Below, in pieces: positions 1-14,700 of a stretch of 64,000 nt of DNA. Within the stretch, counting starts at the first letter, position 1. Each line of letters starts with the position of its first letter. The position numbers were made by a program, and so were the translations under genes. Below the pieces are notes generated by a model. It did not search any database, was not told where the DNA came from, and saw only the letters and a list, made by a program, of their open reading frames with translations. Source of the DNA: Balanoglossus misakiensis (Eukaryota > Animalia > Hemichordata); assembly GCA_040954595.2 (NCBI GenBank), contig CM082590.2, positions 11,000,088 to 11,064,087 of the forward strand, in the 5' to 3' direction.

Positions 1-772
1 TTTCTGATAGTGGCTGCAGTGATTTCATTTGGGGGATGGCTATTAGGAATTATCGTGATTGGCAAGTATTTTTTTGATGAAGCTCGATAGCAACATTCGT
101 TACTAATTATCAACTTCAAGTGATAGTTTACCAACAGGAAGATCTGGAAATTCAAAGCGGCCTGTCAGACTGTAACATTCTGACACTCGACAATTAAATA
201 ATTTGATTAAGGGAAGATTAATGGTCACAATTTAGCACAAGCTACGAATTCAGCAATTGTGTAATGACTAAAGGTGATTTCTTTGCATACACCGTTTTAA
301 CCCTTACTGTATAGCTTCCTTCCTCCTACATATACCTTCCTGACAATTGTATCAAACATACGGCGTAAATTTCCTGGTTTTTGAGAAAAACGTACGTCAG
401 TACCGATAATGTTTGAAAGGACGAAATTACACCCAGACATCTTTCTCCTTGATAAAGTCGTTGAAATGAATGCCTTAATTATCTCATTGATGATCAAGTG
501 CCCAAGGGAAAAACAGTTTGTATCGTGCAATTTCTAAAGTCAAGAAACTATCGTAGAGAGGATGAAATTTTGCCCCGAGACAAGTTGTCCAAATGAAAAC
601 ATCTTAATTATCTGTGATGACCAGGTGCGTCAAGGTAAAACAGCTCGATATAATTAACTTTGATTAATTACTGAAGGTCAAGTTTGAATACAGATCATTA
701 ATTGAGACTTAATGATGATACCACATGCTACATTGTCATGGAAATGATAACATCCTCCTACTCACTTTGTTG

Positions 773-904
773 TCATGACGACACTATCTTCCACTGCATA
801 ATACAAGTGTCTTTGCCGCTTATTGTTATCAGATAACTGTTGTCGTAGACAAAACTGATGCCGATGGTGTCGACGCGGTTAGCTTCGTACTTCCGACTTT
901 GAGC
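773..904 (-). CDS. EML: EML terminal exon (last WD40 blade), separated by a 5.6 kb intron
   Basis: Acceptor gtcatttttcag, phase 0, encodes AQSRKYEANRVDTIGISFVYDNSYLITISGKDTCIMQWKIVSS*, which matches the typical EML C-terminus (..LISxGGKDxSIMQW). Confidence 0.88.
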   Translation of the reverse strand, partial: AQSRKYEANRVDTIGISFVYDNSYLITISGKDTCIMQWKIVSS

Positions 905-3900
905 CTGAAAAATGACAGATGACAGAAATATTGATAATTTTTCTCAAAATGATGAGTTGGGAATTGTTCAGAGAAGATTGTTAGACTGATTCAGAAACTG
1001 CTTTACAAGGACACTGACATGTTTGAATATATGAGTGACATTTTTTTTCCAATTACTGATGATGGATCGCTCATTCTGAATACCAACTGATTGGCAGTAT
1101 AGTGAAGCCTTAAAAGATCTTTTGAATAAATTCATCAATACACCGTCGTCATCACATGTATGGAGAGACAGATTTTTAAATGAAAGCACTTTGTTGTCGT
1201 ATACACATCAGATGCCACAGCTAAGCTCAGTCTCAATAAGGAAAAATCTTAATAACAGGATATTAAAGATGGAAACTCCTGCCATCATTTTGGAGTATAT
1301 TGTTCGATTTCTCACGCGACAAGAACCTTTTTCTTAAGAGATACCCAGAAGCCATTTATAAGATGATCAACGTCTTAAATTCTAAACCACACAGAGGCAT
1401 GAATGCTTCTTTGTTGCTTAGTAACAGCAATGTCAAATCATAACAGCCAACCTTCGGCCTGTTGTCAGCAGACTGAAACTCAGAGCTGCATCTTTGTAAA
1501 CATTGTGAAGATTCAAAGACCAGATTTCAGAGATTTCTACATTTCTTTTCATTAAGATGCTGAGCGTCATGTCACCATTCTGACAAATAACAAGCTTCTT
1601 TGAGACTTTAACAGCCAGCGTTATTAGAATGGAGACCATAATTGTAACATTTTTAAACCTCTTAAGTTGCCTATACCTTTGCCAAAGAGAAATCTCTATA
1701 CAGTGGAGGAAGATCAACTTTTCACACAGCTACAGAATTGGTGAATTTGACTTCTAATCTTTAATTACCGGTACATCACAACTTGAAGAATAAAAATTGT
1801 ACTAAATTCTCTATTACGAAAAGACAATTGTCATCCAGACATCCTGGCAAAGAGAAACAAAAGCCTGACATAAAAAAATACTTTACATACTATTAAGGCA
1901 CTCTAAGTGGAAAAAGCTGGATTTTATCGGCCTCTTATCATCATTCCGTGAAATTGAGCAGAAAACAATTTCCAAGAACACATCATGCATGACATTGGGT
2001 GGACACAGTCTTTGATTACGAGTTTTTTAATTTGGCAGATGGTCAATTTATTGGAAAATAATTTCCTGCAATCTTTCCATCAGCTGTGACTGATAAATCT
2101 AACTGCCCTATTTTACTCAGTCTGTAAAAGTACAGTGAACTTGAGGAATAAATTTATGCCATTTATCTTGTCTTTGGTAAAAAGTTTCTCATAAAAAATT
2201 TCACACAGAAGACATTCTCAGAGAACATGCATAGCACACTCCAAGTGTGTAAATCACATTTCTCCCAACAGCCAAAGTACAGTAAAATACCAAGAAGAGT
2301 GTTTCAAGAATGAATATTTCATGCTTGACATTCAAAATACATCCATCACCACAACGGAATTGAAATACTTCAGGTACAATGTAGTGTTCCCTTGAGTTAA
2401 GACACTACACATAAGAAAAGATATCTTACAGAAAAGAACAAGGGTCAAAACTACACCTTCACAAGAGAAATCCATTAGTAGACACAGACACACCCTGAAG
2501 TGGTCTGTTGATCAGTATACTCCCCACTAAAACAAAAAGTGCATCTAGTTTATGAGGAATGACATTTCCCAAGTGTTTGCGCTCCTAATGGTGTCCAATT
2601 TAACTCTGAGTACACTAAGATGCACTGTTTGTCCAACAAAGTAATTCTGTCCCGGCTACAAGCAACCAAACATGTTTTCAAAAAAAGGGCAGCGAGAGAG
2701 AGACTTTGTCCCTTTAAGGCAATATGGAATTCAAGGCTCGGAGTGTAATAGGTGTGGTCAAAACATTTTATATAGACCAAGTTATTTTAAGCTGGTACGG
2801 TACAACAGTTAATTTACTCTAAATTTATCAGTGTTCTACTTATAGTTATCTGCCACTTATAAAACAACACAATGGAATCAGTAATTTTATCAAGAGGTTA
2901 TCTACTTTGCTATCAGACAGGGGACTTTGGGTCGCACTGGTGACAGACTTGATGTTTTTTCTCATCAAATTGGTAGAAGGCTAGCAACTGACATTTTGAG
3001 TGGAATACAATTGCCGTTAGTTGACATGGCATGAAACACGTGCTGTGTTTATCATGGACCTACTTCCATTGTTAAATAAAAACAATACATACACGCAGAA
3101 GATACAGTTATCAGTTTAATCGAACATAATTAGGATAGACAATGTTTTTGGCTTGTACTTGTGTTTTAGACAGAAAAATTGGGCTTGTACGTACAGGTTA
3201 TCAAGGCGATGTACCATGTACTTGTCTATGCATGTATTAAAACAGAAATACTTCTAATCTTCCACATGAGATACGCTTTGTGTATTTACCGATAGACGGA
3301 TCACGTACAAAACGTAAAAAGGGGTACACACGTAAATTAGGACCCCCCTCAATGCCAACTTTGACCTAACGTTAGAGTGACCCTAACTCAAAGGTCAAAT
3401 GTGTTAATTCAGACCTTAAAGGGGAACATTGGTAACTCTTAGGAGAGATTTCAAATTCCAGGGTTTTCAGTGATTTTCCAAGAGTGTACAAATCCAACTT
3501 TGCTTGTACCCTTCATTTCATTCAAACTGGTCGGTGTACTGGCCACAAACAGTTTCAACTCACTGCACTAGACAGTTATTGATAGTCAAAAACTGTATGC
3601 GCCGCTTGACTGACTTGCAAAGCACCACAGCTGCGTGCCCGCGGAAACAACTAGCCCCAGTAAATTTACACCTACATCAAAGCGAACCATTCATACACCA
3701 GTGTACACGTGTTTAAACCTTTGAATAACTCAAATACCTGACAATTAACCCAATGAATTCACAGCTGGAACACTGTTCGTTCATGCACTTGTAACGTTCG
3801 AACATTACGAGAAAAAAATAGCAACTTGTGAATACGTTCGGTAATCTACAAAAGTTTTGGGAACCTTATATTTATTGTTTGGATTTGCTAACTGGCCACG

Positions 3901-6900
3901 TTTTTTTCCTTATAGCCCTGCCAGTCACATCCGCCCATATGTGGTGGGAACCACGTCAAACGCACAGCTTGCAGTGTGGGAAGGAATTTCCATACAACTC
4001 GGTTGCACTACGTCACAGTTTATAGATTATTTTTTGCACGCTGCTACCAGCCACTTTGGCTAATTTTACATCCATGAGTGTTCTGTGGCATTTCAGTCAC
4101 ACTCAACTGAAAACACCACTTCAGTGATCGAGACAGGAATTATTCAACATTAGAAGCTAACGATTTTGGGAATTCAAAATCAGTCCTTTCTGTCTATCGA
4201 AGTAAACTTAACCACAATGATGAAAAGGACAGTTGCCCTTCACTGGAACCATTGTACCAAAAGTACAGCTTACAGAAACAAAAAAAGCGGGTCACGTATG
4301 CTTTTCAGAAGGGGAAGGTCATGCACTCCTCCCATTTTAAACGCCAAACTTTCGTGATCCATTACAGTCAGACTCGACGGACGATCTTGGACTATAGACA
4401 GGTTCTCAGCTGTCTGTTTCACTGAATTTAGGGCCACTAGATATACACTGTTTTCATAAGTCTAACTCGAGGTTATTAAGACCTGGTATGTGAGATTTTT
4501 TTCAGTCATGTTATGACAGCTTCCTTTACCAGATTATTGGAATATCTGAACGACAAACTGGTTGATACTGGTTTCAAAGTGTGGCTGTGACTTTAAATGT
4601 TGCGATTGGCTCACAACTTGAAATATAAAGCTGTCATTTCAAAGTGAAACTCAGGCCTCAACTGTACACAAGTTTTGGTACAACTACATTTGTTATGTAT
4701 GTACTGCTCTTGAGAATTTTATCGGTTTATATATTTGATCAGCATTGTTTTGCTGCCAAGGCAAACTGCAGGGGGCCCGACATCAAAAATCCCAAATGAA
4801 CCCAATCGATACTGTCCAACAATGATAAGAATGTCCGACTGAACTGGCTATGACATTGTGAATTGAGCTAAAAATACAGACTGGGGTATAGCTAGTGCAA
4901 AGGTCAAACATCGGTATGTTGCCGTGCCTACGTGCTATGTCCAGCATTCATCTAAAAACTGCCCAACGCTATAAAATGAGCGTTTTATTTCTAAGTGTGA
5001 AGGGCTTACAAGCTCATGACCCCGGTCGTCGTAAATTTTGTCCTCCAGTGCATCCATGCCGAGCTACTGTAAAAGTTTTATAACGCTAATAACTTTACGG
5101 TAAGATGGTTGGTTTTTCTCTTGAACTGTGACCAACCACAGAGAACAACTATGCATTGCTTTGAAAGAAATGGGTCAATGATATTGTCTGCTGACATCAG
5201 ATACAGGACAGGATGAATAGAACTGATCTGGCAGAGTGTCAAAAAATTTTATTCCGTCCCTACAAGTTGTTTAAATAAACCTTGCCTATGACACAATGCA
5301 CTCTATTCAGAAATGCTCGACTATATTGCAGTAAAATCGGTGAAAGTTGACTGAGTAACTGTTTATACCCGTCTTCTGGTATACTTTGGTTCATTCCCAT
5401 TGGCCTTCATGATGATATGGAGTGTACCACTGCAGAATAGGGGTGGTGGGAAGTCTAAAAGAATCATGCTTTCAGTGCGTGATCTCTGTCTGCACAAGAT
5501 TTCTGATCGATTCATGTTTTCCTCTGTCCAAATAATACAAGATTGACAAGCCAATGGGGTGAACAAGAATTGTTTTGGCACTGGCTTATTATTATTAATC
5601 TTGTGTGATGTAGATACCAAGATTTTTGATGTAGTTTTGGAGCTCTGGAGTGAATGAATGAATGAATGAATGAATGAATGAATGAATGAATGAATGAATG
5701 AAGTCACTCACCCATCCACCAAACCATCCATCCATCTGGCCGAATCTTAGCAACCATTACCGACCAACCACAGTCCCTCCACTTTGAACGAACCAACCAA
5801 CCATGCAAAATGTACAGACCGACCGACCGACCAATCAACCAACAATCACAAAAACCTGAGGTCTCCACAGACAACTGAATGAACAACGTGTTTACAACTG
5901 AGTAAAGCAACCAAGCAATGCAGTAGTAGCCAAGATGGAATGTCCATTCTTCAACCTAGATAGACGTCACACATACTCTTTATTTTACGAGTCGTAAGAA
6001 ATCACCGCTTAACGAGCTTGTAAACCTGGAAACAAAGGTCCTTTAACAGCCGACAGAAGGTGGCTTAACCTTTGGTGCTCATGTATGTTTTTAGTTGCAT
6101 TTAAGGGCAGAATTCCAACACAAGACAGATTTCAATTCTTACTGAGAACACGAAATTGGGAACTCTTCTGGGTTAAAGAAGAAAGCACTTACATTTGGTG
6201 CTATAGAGGGCAGTATGCCAGTTTGTCGCATCAGGAGAAGGATCAATTAAGGTCACTTGCCAACGGTCAGCAATTTAACGCTTCAGTTCTGGAGAGTTAC
6301 AGAGGCTTGTGGAAATTGTACAACGTTTACTGAATTGTAACTATTATGCATCCAATTTTTGGTTTCAAGTATTAAAGCAGTTGCATCAAAGTGAAGTTGT
6401 GATACTTTGAAGTCTTATTGACATCATCGTCATCGAAAATGGGGATGCGAGCTATGATCTGTCTGACTCACCTCTGGACTACTGCAGGGATAGTTGTAAA
6501 GATGGATTTCTTTTCTGTCGTTCACCATGGCAACCAGTTTGTGATTGTAAGATCTGTCGACGGCGCAGACTATACCACCTTCAGTGCTGCTACCCATAAT
6601 GCCTTCCAATTTATAAACAACCAAGAGAGAAAATTTTAACAATGTTGAAAGTTTGTTTATAAAACTGAAAAGTAGCACATGACATGTGCAGTTCAGAAAA
6701 TGACTTAAAACAATTCAATCACTGTTTGTACGAGAAATTGTAAAGATGCAAAACTGATGACGACAGCTACAATAAGTTACTCATAAGAGTCTTATAAGTA
6801 TATTTTGTACAGGAGATACTCACAAGAGACAGGGTATCCCAAGAGGCAGTTGTGCGACACCCACTCAATGTTCCTTAATTCTGACGGGTTTTCAAGCTTC

Positions 6901-9900
6901 TCACAACTAGCACCGTCCCCTGTGAATAATAACATTTCCACACCTGTTATAGATTCAAAGAAACTGGCCAATCGAAACCAAGACTACCAATTTACAGTCA
7001 CACCAGTGCTAGTGGCCACCTCTATAGTATTCTTTACTATCAATCACGTGATGTGGCCATGTGACCAACGGCGTTGTCATTTTCAGATGACGGGCAAGCA
7101 ATATTTCGGCATTCAGTAAAAGTTTTTCCAATATGTTTAATACTTTAGAACCACCAGATACATAACATGTATCAGGTATGGTGCCCCATCAGGCTCATTG
7201 CATTTCGTCTGCACAGTCTTTGCCTGCACCACGTAAGTCCACGTTGCTGAAGTTGCCCGTCATCTGGAAATTTGAATTCGAACTAACTGCCGCCTGAGCG
7301 CATCTGACGTCATTTGATAGCGAAGAATATAGTGGCCACTTTGTTACAGTCCCTGTGCAATTTACATGTGCATTATATTCAATGTACTTACAGTAGAAAT
7401 GTTCCAGTCCCACAGAACTGCTCTGCAAAATGTAATTCCCAAACGGCTTATCCATGGACCAGTCGAGTCCAGTCACCGCGCTCTGGTGTCCGGTACATTT
7501 CCCGATGGATTCACATTTCTTGCCTCCGTCCAGCAACTGGAGAATGTAAATGTTTTTGTCATGGCAACCAACCGCAAGACATTCTCCATCTGTAAGAAAA
7601 AAAGAGCGAACAACTTGATGAACTAGAAGTAGTGCACACAAAAAGTGATACCCTTTCAGAGAAATTTCACATTGTGGATAGGTAATGCTACTTTTATTAG
7701 AACTTTGAAGAATTTCATTCAAAATGACAATAGTAAAAGTCAGTTTTCTAGCTATACTCAATGTTATCATACTGGTAAAGATAACTTCACACACAATTGT
7801 GCAGTTTACAAGTTTGCATTCTGCGTGTACATCCTTAAAGACGAGCTGCGTGACAACTTACCCGGGGAGAATTTGATGCAAGTGATTCTGTCCTTTGCAA
7901 TCTTGGCTTTACATAATTCAGATATTTCATGTGTTCCATTTATATACACAACACTAATACTACAAAAGAAAAGATTAAATATTTCTTTGAAGCATGGACT
8001 GTTACAACAGCGCTTATTTTATCTTATAAACATAATTTAATAACTTAAAGGTGAAGATTTCTGCTGGTTTCACTTTTTAAACATATCAGATATTTTCAAT
8101 CTGAGCAAGAAATGTGTATAGAGAGCTTCGTCTTAGAGCTCCTTTTCACTGTAACTTTTGAATAGATCAAAATACTTTTGTTTAATATTGATTAAAATAC
8201 ATTTGCCTCTGTCAATATTAAAATAGCTGAAACAATAAAATTCTAGAAAATCTAGAAGAGAAATAGTTCAGTGGCTACCTGTTTCCCAAGCTGCATGGAA
8301 AAGAAAAGAAACATCAACCAATGAATCATTTTTTAATATCCAAATAAAGTTTGTCACAACAAATAGTAATATGATTTTTGCTTGACTTCTGATGAGAATA
8401 AATCTTTATCTTTGATATCTTTTGACACAATCTGATGAATATACATTACCTTGCATCTCGCACTCCAAGGGCTAAGAGTTTGCCGTTGGGATGGATGTCC
8501 ACGCAGTGGATGTTCAATCCTTTGATGCTGTGTTTCCATAGCGTCTTGTGTTTGTGTGCATCAAACATGGCGATTATTCCGTCGTATCCCGCGGTGACAA
8601 ACAAACCCTGCTGCGAGTTGCTTGGATACGTCGTCAAGGCCCTGGCTTCATCGAAGTGACCCTGGGGAATTAAAACAATACTTTTGTAACCTCACTTCAA
8701 TTTCCACAGAAGACAATTTGAAAATTAAACAAATACTGTTCCTTCGATTTTTTGATAAAGGCAAGAGAACTATCTTAGATTTTTTCAAACAAGCGCGGTA
8801 TTAAACTTGGAAATGGCATTTGGTTACACTGTGAATTGTTGCACACATTCAGCAAATTACAAAACAAAATTACAACTGGTATGAAAGCAAGTGTATGGTT
8901 TGAGTAGTAGAGATGGTGAACTTTATTTTTATCTAAAAAATAATAAAAATGGAGGATAAAATTGAGCAAATATTGAAAAATGTGAAACAAATATCGGCCA
9001 TTGACCTACCTGTGTCATTGGTGTCTTGTGGAGACTGCTGATGCCCATTAATGGCGCCCCAGTGGTTGCCATGGAACAGGTCAATATTGAATTCAATGTC
9101 GTTCCAATTAATATCATATCCTTGCTGTGACAAAGCATACGTATTCCGCCCTCTGATTTGGGTAACTGAAAAATTAATCATAAAAGACATCATCAAGGTT
9201 ATTATCATGTCTTTTAGAGTTACATCTTTCTAGACTTATTGTTCACTAGAATCCTGGTTGTGAGAAACTTAAAGGTGTGGTCTGTAATCTCCAGACCTTT
9301 TCGCTCCTGGTCTTTCCTTACCTGCATGCTGCCGGATTGGTCAAAGTTCCTCCCCCACGTCCAGGAAAGCAGTAATCCATCTCTTCCGGCAGACACCAAA
9401 TGATTCCGGATCATTATCAGGGAGAATACTGGACCCTACAGACAGGGCAATAACAAAGATGCATTAACCTCATTGGCTAAAACCTAGGCAATATACAGAA
9501 TATATCATTGGCCAAAATACAAGGCAATATACAGAATACTAGTATGTCATTGACCAAAATCAAATCCAGTAAAAAATAGGAACTTTATCAATTTCATTTG
9601 TGGAAACAGAACAATTATCCAGATTGTTGTTTTTTTGGCCTTGGTGTCAAACGTCTTAGTCCCACTATTACACATTCTCTGTACCTACTTCATGGGCATG
9701 TTTGATTGCCTGTGATACAGTGTTGCCGCCATCATGCCAGACATAGATGGTCCCGTTGGAATCACCTGTGATCAGATCACCATTGGCTTTGAACATCATG
9801 CAAATCACGTACTTGGCTTTCATCCATTTCTCCTACAAAAAGAGAAAAAATGAGTCTCTAAAGAGGGAACAGAAAACAAGAGAGACACATTCATAGTCCA

Positions 9901-11718
9901 GTGGTTAGAGCATCAGACTCATGATCGGAGAATCATGGGTTTGAGCCGCGGCTTGGCTGTGGTGTTGTGTACTTTGAGCAAGGCACTTTACTTCTCATTG
10001 CTTCTCCCCACCCAGAAGTTACGTCACTGTGTTGTTTATCTTGTTTATCTTGTTTACTGAGTGAAACAACAAAACTTGTTGACGAACAAAGTCAGAAATT
10101 CCATTCAATGTTTCCTTCAGAGTTCACACACCTCAAAATTGGCTCTCATCATTTCTTCTATTGTGCCTTCATTGGGTTTCGCTGTCCACCATATCTGATG
10201 CTCTTTTCCGACGGAGACCAGAGTGTTGGGATTCTTGGGATGGAAACCAACTTGGCAGATGACATCAGTGTTTACCTGAAAAGTTATATTACCAATACCT
10301 TGTATGTAAATACTGTAAAACACTTAATTTTCGCGAGCAGGAAATTTTCACAAACTCTGCTTAATTTTGTAAAGGACTCCAGCCCATTACCTGTAAGATC
10401 CATAAAGCGTTTCCCTAACCCTAACACTCACTCTGACTATTGGGTTAGAAAAATCTGCATTGTAAAATGCTCAGAATTTGTTCACACTCACCGCTGCCTT
10501 GGCAACCTCTTTGCCTTTATTGATGTCCCATATCACCATGGTTTTCACATTGCCGTTGTCAATGGAAACCAGACGGTCCTGAAAAAAGAACTGTCAAGTC
10601 AATCAGATTGCAATAACTGCCACAGTGGACTGTCAAGGTGTTTTACTTGAATGATAGGCTATTATGTGGGTACTAGGTGCTATTTCATATGAAGACTAGG
10701 TGATTATTTGAACTGATTGGGTGTTTATTTGAAGACTGTATGCTTGCATATGAAGAAATGATAAGAATACATGTATTGCATACCACTGTTTTACTTAAAG
10801 CATAACCCATGTGCCTAAGGGTGACATGTCTATTTGTAGATTACTATTTATTTCAGGGCTAAGTGTTTATTTAAAGCTTGAATGGTTATATGAAGACTTG
10901 TTGCATTCAGCCTGTGAATTATTCAGAAAGTTCTCGTTCGCAGCACTTCAAAGTGACATGATAAAACATATTTTGGACCCGGCTGAGAGCATTCACAGTA
11001 TATCACACAGTCTTGGAGAGGGCATTATTTACCTGAGCTTGTGCAAACGACAGACACATGACCGATTTAGCGATGAGTCCGTCTCCCAGAACTTGTAGAG
11101 TCTGCAACGTATCTGCTTGCCATATGCGGATATGTGCCTGTTACAAAACAATAACATGAAGAAATTTGGGGTAAATGATCTTGTAATTGTACACAGAAAC
11201 CTATCGAGTCTAAAACAGGATTTTGCTATTGAATGCCCAAGTACTAACCAATTTAAAGCAAGATTATCCTAATACGTACTGGTATGTCAGAGTTAGTTCT
11301 GCTAGCTTTGTTATCAAACCTAGATTTTGAAGATCTTTTTGTTCATGTGAGCACTGAACAACCATGATATTTTCAACCCACTACTTTATGGAAGTTGAAG
11401 ACTTGTTTATGGGTAGATATTGTCACAAGGATTTCACAATTTACAATCTGTATACTTACATGTTCTTTTCCTTTGGCAGTTTGTCCTGTAGCCACGGTAA
11501 CCCTATTGGGATGGATCGCAATGCTTCAAAAGAAGAAAAGAAATTCAGTTAATTGATGATAGGCCAAATCTCACACATGCTTCAGAATGTAAACATAATT
11601 CTACAGTTGAAAAAAATAAAAAAACAGCCCCAAGTTACAAATGATGGTGATTAAACATATCTATGTGCCACGGCTGACTGATTGATTGATTGATTGACTG
11701 ACTGACTGACTGACTGAC

Positions 11719-11749
<31 letters not shown>

Positions 11750-14700
11750 CTGACTGAAGTGCAAGTTCACCTCACAGCACACTGCCAGTGCAATATATCA
11801 GCCCCACAGTGTGTATTCCCTAACATCAGCAAAACAAACCATAGACTAGCTATTATTAAACCAAAGTGAAACATTTACGTGCGTGACTAACCGTAAAGAT
11901 AATTATTGCGTCATGGACATCTCTTACCTCCGTATTTCAGTTGTATGTTCTCGATAATATCTCTGTTTCCTCTGATCAAGATTGTAAATTATGACGAAGG
12001 TGGCAGTAAAGTAGATGGCCTCCCCACTTGCTAACATGTAGATATTGCATCGGCAGTCATTACCACGGTAACCGTATCTGCAAAACAGGAAATGGAAGGA
12101 AAATTGTTATCGTTCTGGATCTTCGATGCTTTTAGGGATTTTCCTGGTCCTGATAAAGTAAAGATTAAAGTACATTTACGAAAGATTGAGATGTACTAGC
12201 ACAATCAAGAAATAACAAATTAGATATTTTCTCAGATTACCAGGAAGTAATAACGCAATTTTCGTTCACTATATTTAACTGTTCACTTATCACAAATTAT
12301 GATGGCTGTGTTACTTATTTTTTTTTCATACTGTCCTTTCTTTCAGGGTACAGCTGGTCGTTTGCCTCTACACAATGAGAAGTTCCAGATCAAACTGAAA
12401 GGATAATGAACCTTGCAAATATCCTTTACTGAATTTTGTCTGTACATGTACTTGTAAACATTTTTTGGAATATGTTCAGATTGCAATAAACAAAATTCTT
12501 TAAAAACAACTTTTTAAAACTCTTTTAGCAGATCATAAAAAGAGATCAGTTGAAAAAAAAGCCACAAGAAAGCAAAACAAAATTGTGATTTGAATGATCG
12601 TGAGACTTACATCCAGTCCAGTTCAAGTTTTTCTTTTGGAGGATACGAGTTAATAGTTTTGTGGTAATACATATCGGGTATATAATACTGCAGTGGTCGT
12701 CCTCTGATAGTAACATCTTGAATAGCGCCACCAGGTGGTGGAAGTACTAAAAAAAAGAAAGAAAAACAAATTTCTGTGAGCATTACAAAGTTTCTGTGAC
12801 TTTTAATAACAACTATAAGAATGCACCCTCTAATGGTAAAAAATTGACTTGTGGGTGTTCATACGTTCACAATTTTTCTGGTATTTTTCTGACAAATTTT
12901 GGGGGAGAAAGTTTTAAGTTGTAATCAAGTTAAAAGTGATAAAAAGTTTTAAGTTGTAATCAAGTTAAAGTGATAAACTTTATGTTCTTATATCGAGGAT
13001 CTATCCTTTACTGTCATGATGCCTGTTCATTCTATTATCTACACTGCAATTCACAAAAAACAAACTTGATTCACTTTTTACAGAATGAAAAATTAATATC
13101 ACGACAAAATGCCATCCGGCTCCAGGAGAACAGTCGAGATCTACACAATAGAATTTGAGATTTTCACAGGAAAACCTTTACCTGTTTCCTCCACTGGCAA
13201 AAGAGTGAGACGACGAATGAAAAGGATGATAAGTATGATAAGTGAGTGTTGATTGGTTGTTACCATAGTGATATGTACAATACATCAAGTAAGATGTCTG
13301 GTGATAGGTTGATATATTGAAAATGACATGATTTTGTAAATTGTGTGCTGAATGGTATCATTATGGTCATCTTTGTTTTTCTGTTCAGTTGCTTATGATG
13401 TTCGGAAAGTGATCTTTTTTAGTTCTGAATACTTACAAGTTAATGTTTACAAAACAAAAATACCCAAAATGATGTCAAAAGAGAGAGATTTATGCACCAC
13501 AAACAAGAAGAGTGATACAATGTTATCATGCATTGTGCTGTGCGGAATATGGGGCTGAGACATCAGAAACCAAGATTTACCTGTTTCCACGACTACAGAT
13601 TAGCAGAGAATGATGAGGTAAAGATGAAGAGTTGTGAAGAAAAGTAGACAGAAAAAGTTTGAAGTTTGAAGAGACAGACAAACAGACATGAAATCAGTCT
13701 GAGAGAGATTTGTAGACTTGTATGCAGACACTCATGTACAGGTACAAACAAACCGGTATATACAGACAATCACACAACCCAGTCACACATGTTCACAAAC
13801 ACATACTGACAAAAACAAAATTGACACTTCAACATACAACATGAAATGTTTTAAGTCTGAAGTGAAGGCACTTTGCGCATGAGTCAACCTTTAAAAAGTC
13901 CTTGAAAACAAAGACAGCTAGTGGACAATATTTAGTTTAAAAAGTGGAGTACAAAAATATATCAAAGACCAAACTACAGCAAAGAACCCAAGATTATTAC
14001 CTGTTTCCAATGCTGTGTTTTGCATGATAGAACGAAACAGAAATTTAACAGTAAGGAATTATGTTGCAAATGGGAATAATTTCATGTAGTAATGACGAAC
14101 AGTTATATCAAATTCATTTGAAAGCTTTACATCATTTATTAACTAACAAACAAACAAAGGATAATTCTACGGGTTGCGATGTTTGTACCAATTCATAACG
14201 AGTTAAGAGGAGAGAGTTTAGGAAATGTTTCTGTAACTATTTATTATGTTTGTAAATGTGTTGGACGACAAACAAAGATGGACGCCAATTTACAGGTTAC
14301 CATGGAGGAAACAAGGACGTTGCTATGCAGAAAGCCTGGTGTCCAAAGGTTAAAGGTTAGAGGAAAATAAATAGAAAGTGAAATCAGGGAATTGGATCTA
14401 AAAGATTCATTACTGATAGCTCATTCCGATGGCATTACACAACACAACAATATGTAGCCCCAAGAGCTGCATTATTTTCATGAATTAAGTGATGATTGAC
14501 AGTATAGTTAAACAACATTTTTTGGCAGTTTCTTTTTTGAAAGATTGATGTGTCATATAATACCATATAGTCTCAGTAAACTAAGATTATCCATGCACAC
14601 ATTAAGATCAATGTTATGCATGCATGACAAAGAAAAAATATTTTCAGTCATAAAGTCTCCACGTGTAAATAAACTTGAAAGCTATACTTGTTAACATCAA

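Noticed and set aside
905-5360. Nested gene in the long last EML intron
   Set aside because: Only short ORFs with no motifs; several TTAA-GG.. starts suggest decayed DNA-transposon fragments, but paired termini could not be verified.
9885-9960. tRNA gene
   Set aside because: No complete cloverleaf or acceptor stem, and it continues into a SINE-like core.
14301-14322. 22-nt exon candidate (ctgcatag|...CATG|gtaacc) among the microexons
   Set aside because: Frame-shifting, with a competing upstream AG and no sequence similarity to the 12-mers; a poison exon cannot be excluded but is unsupported.
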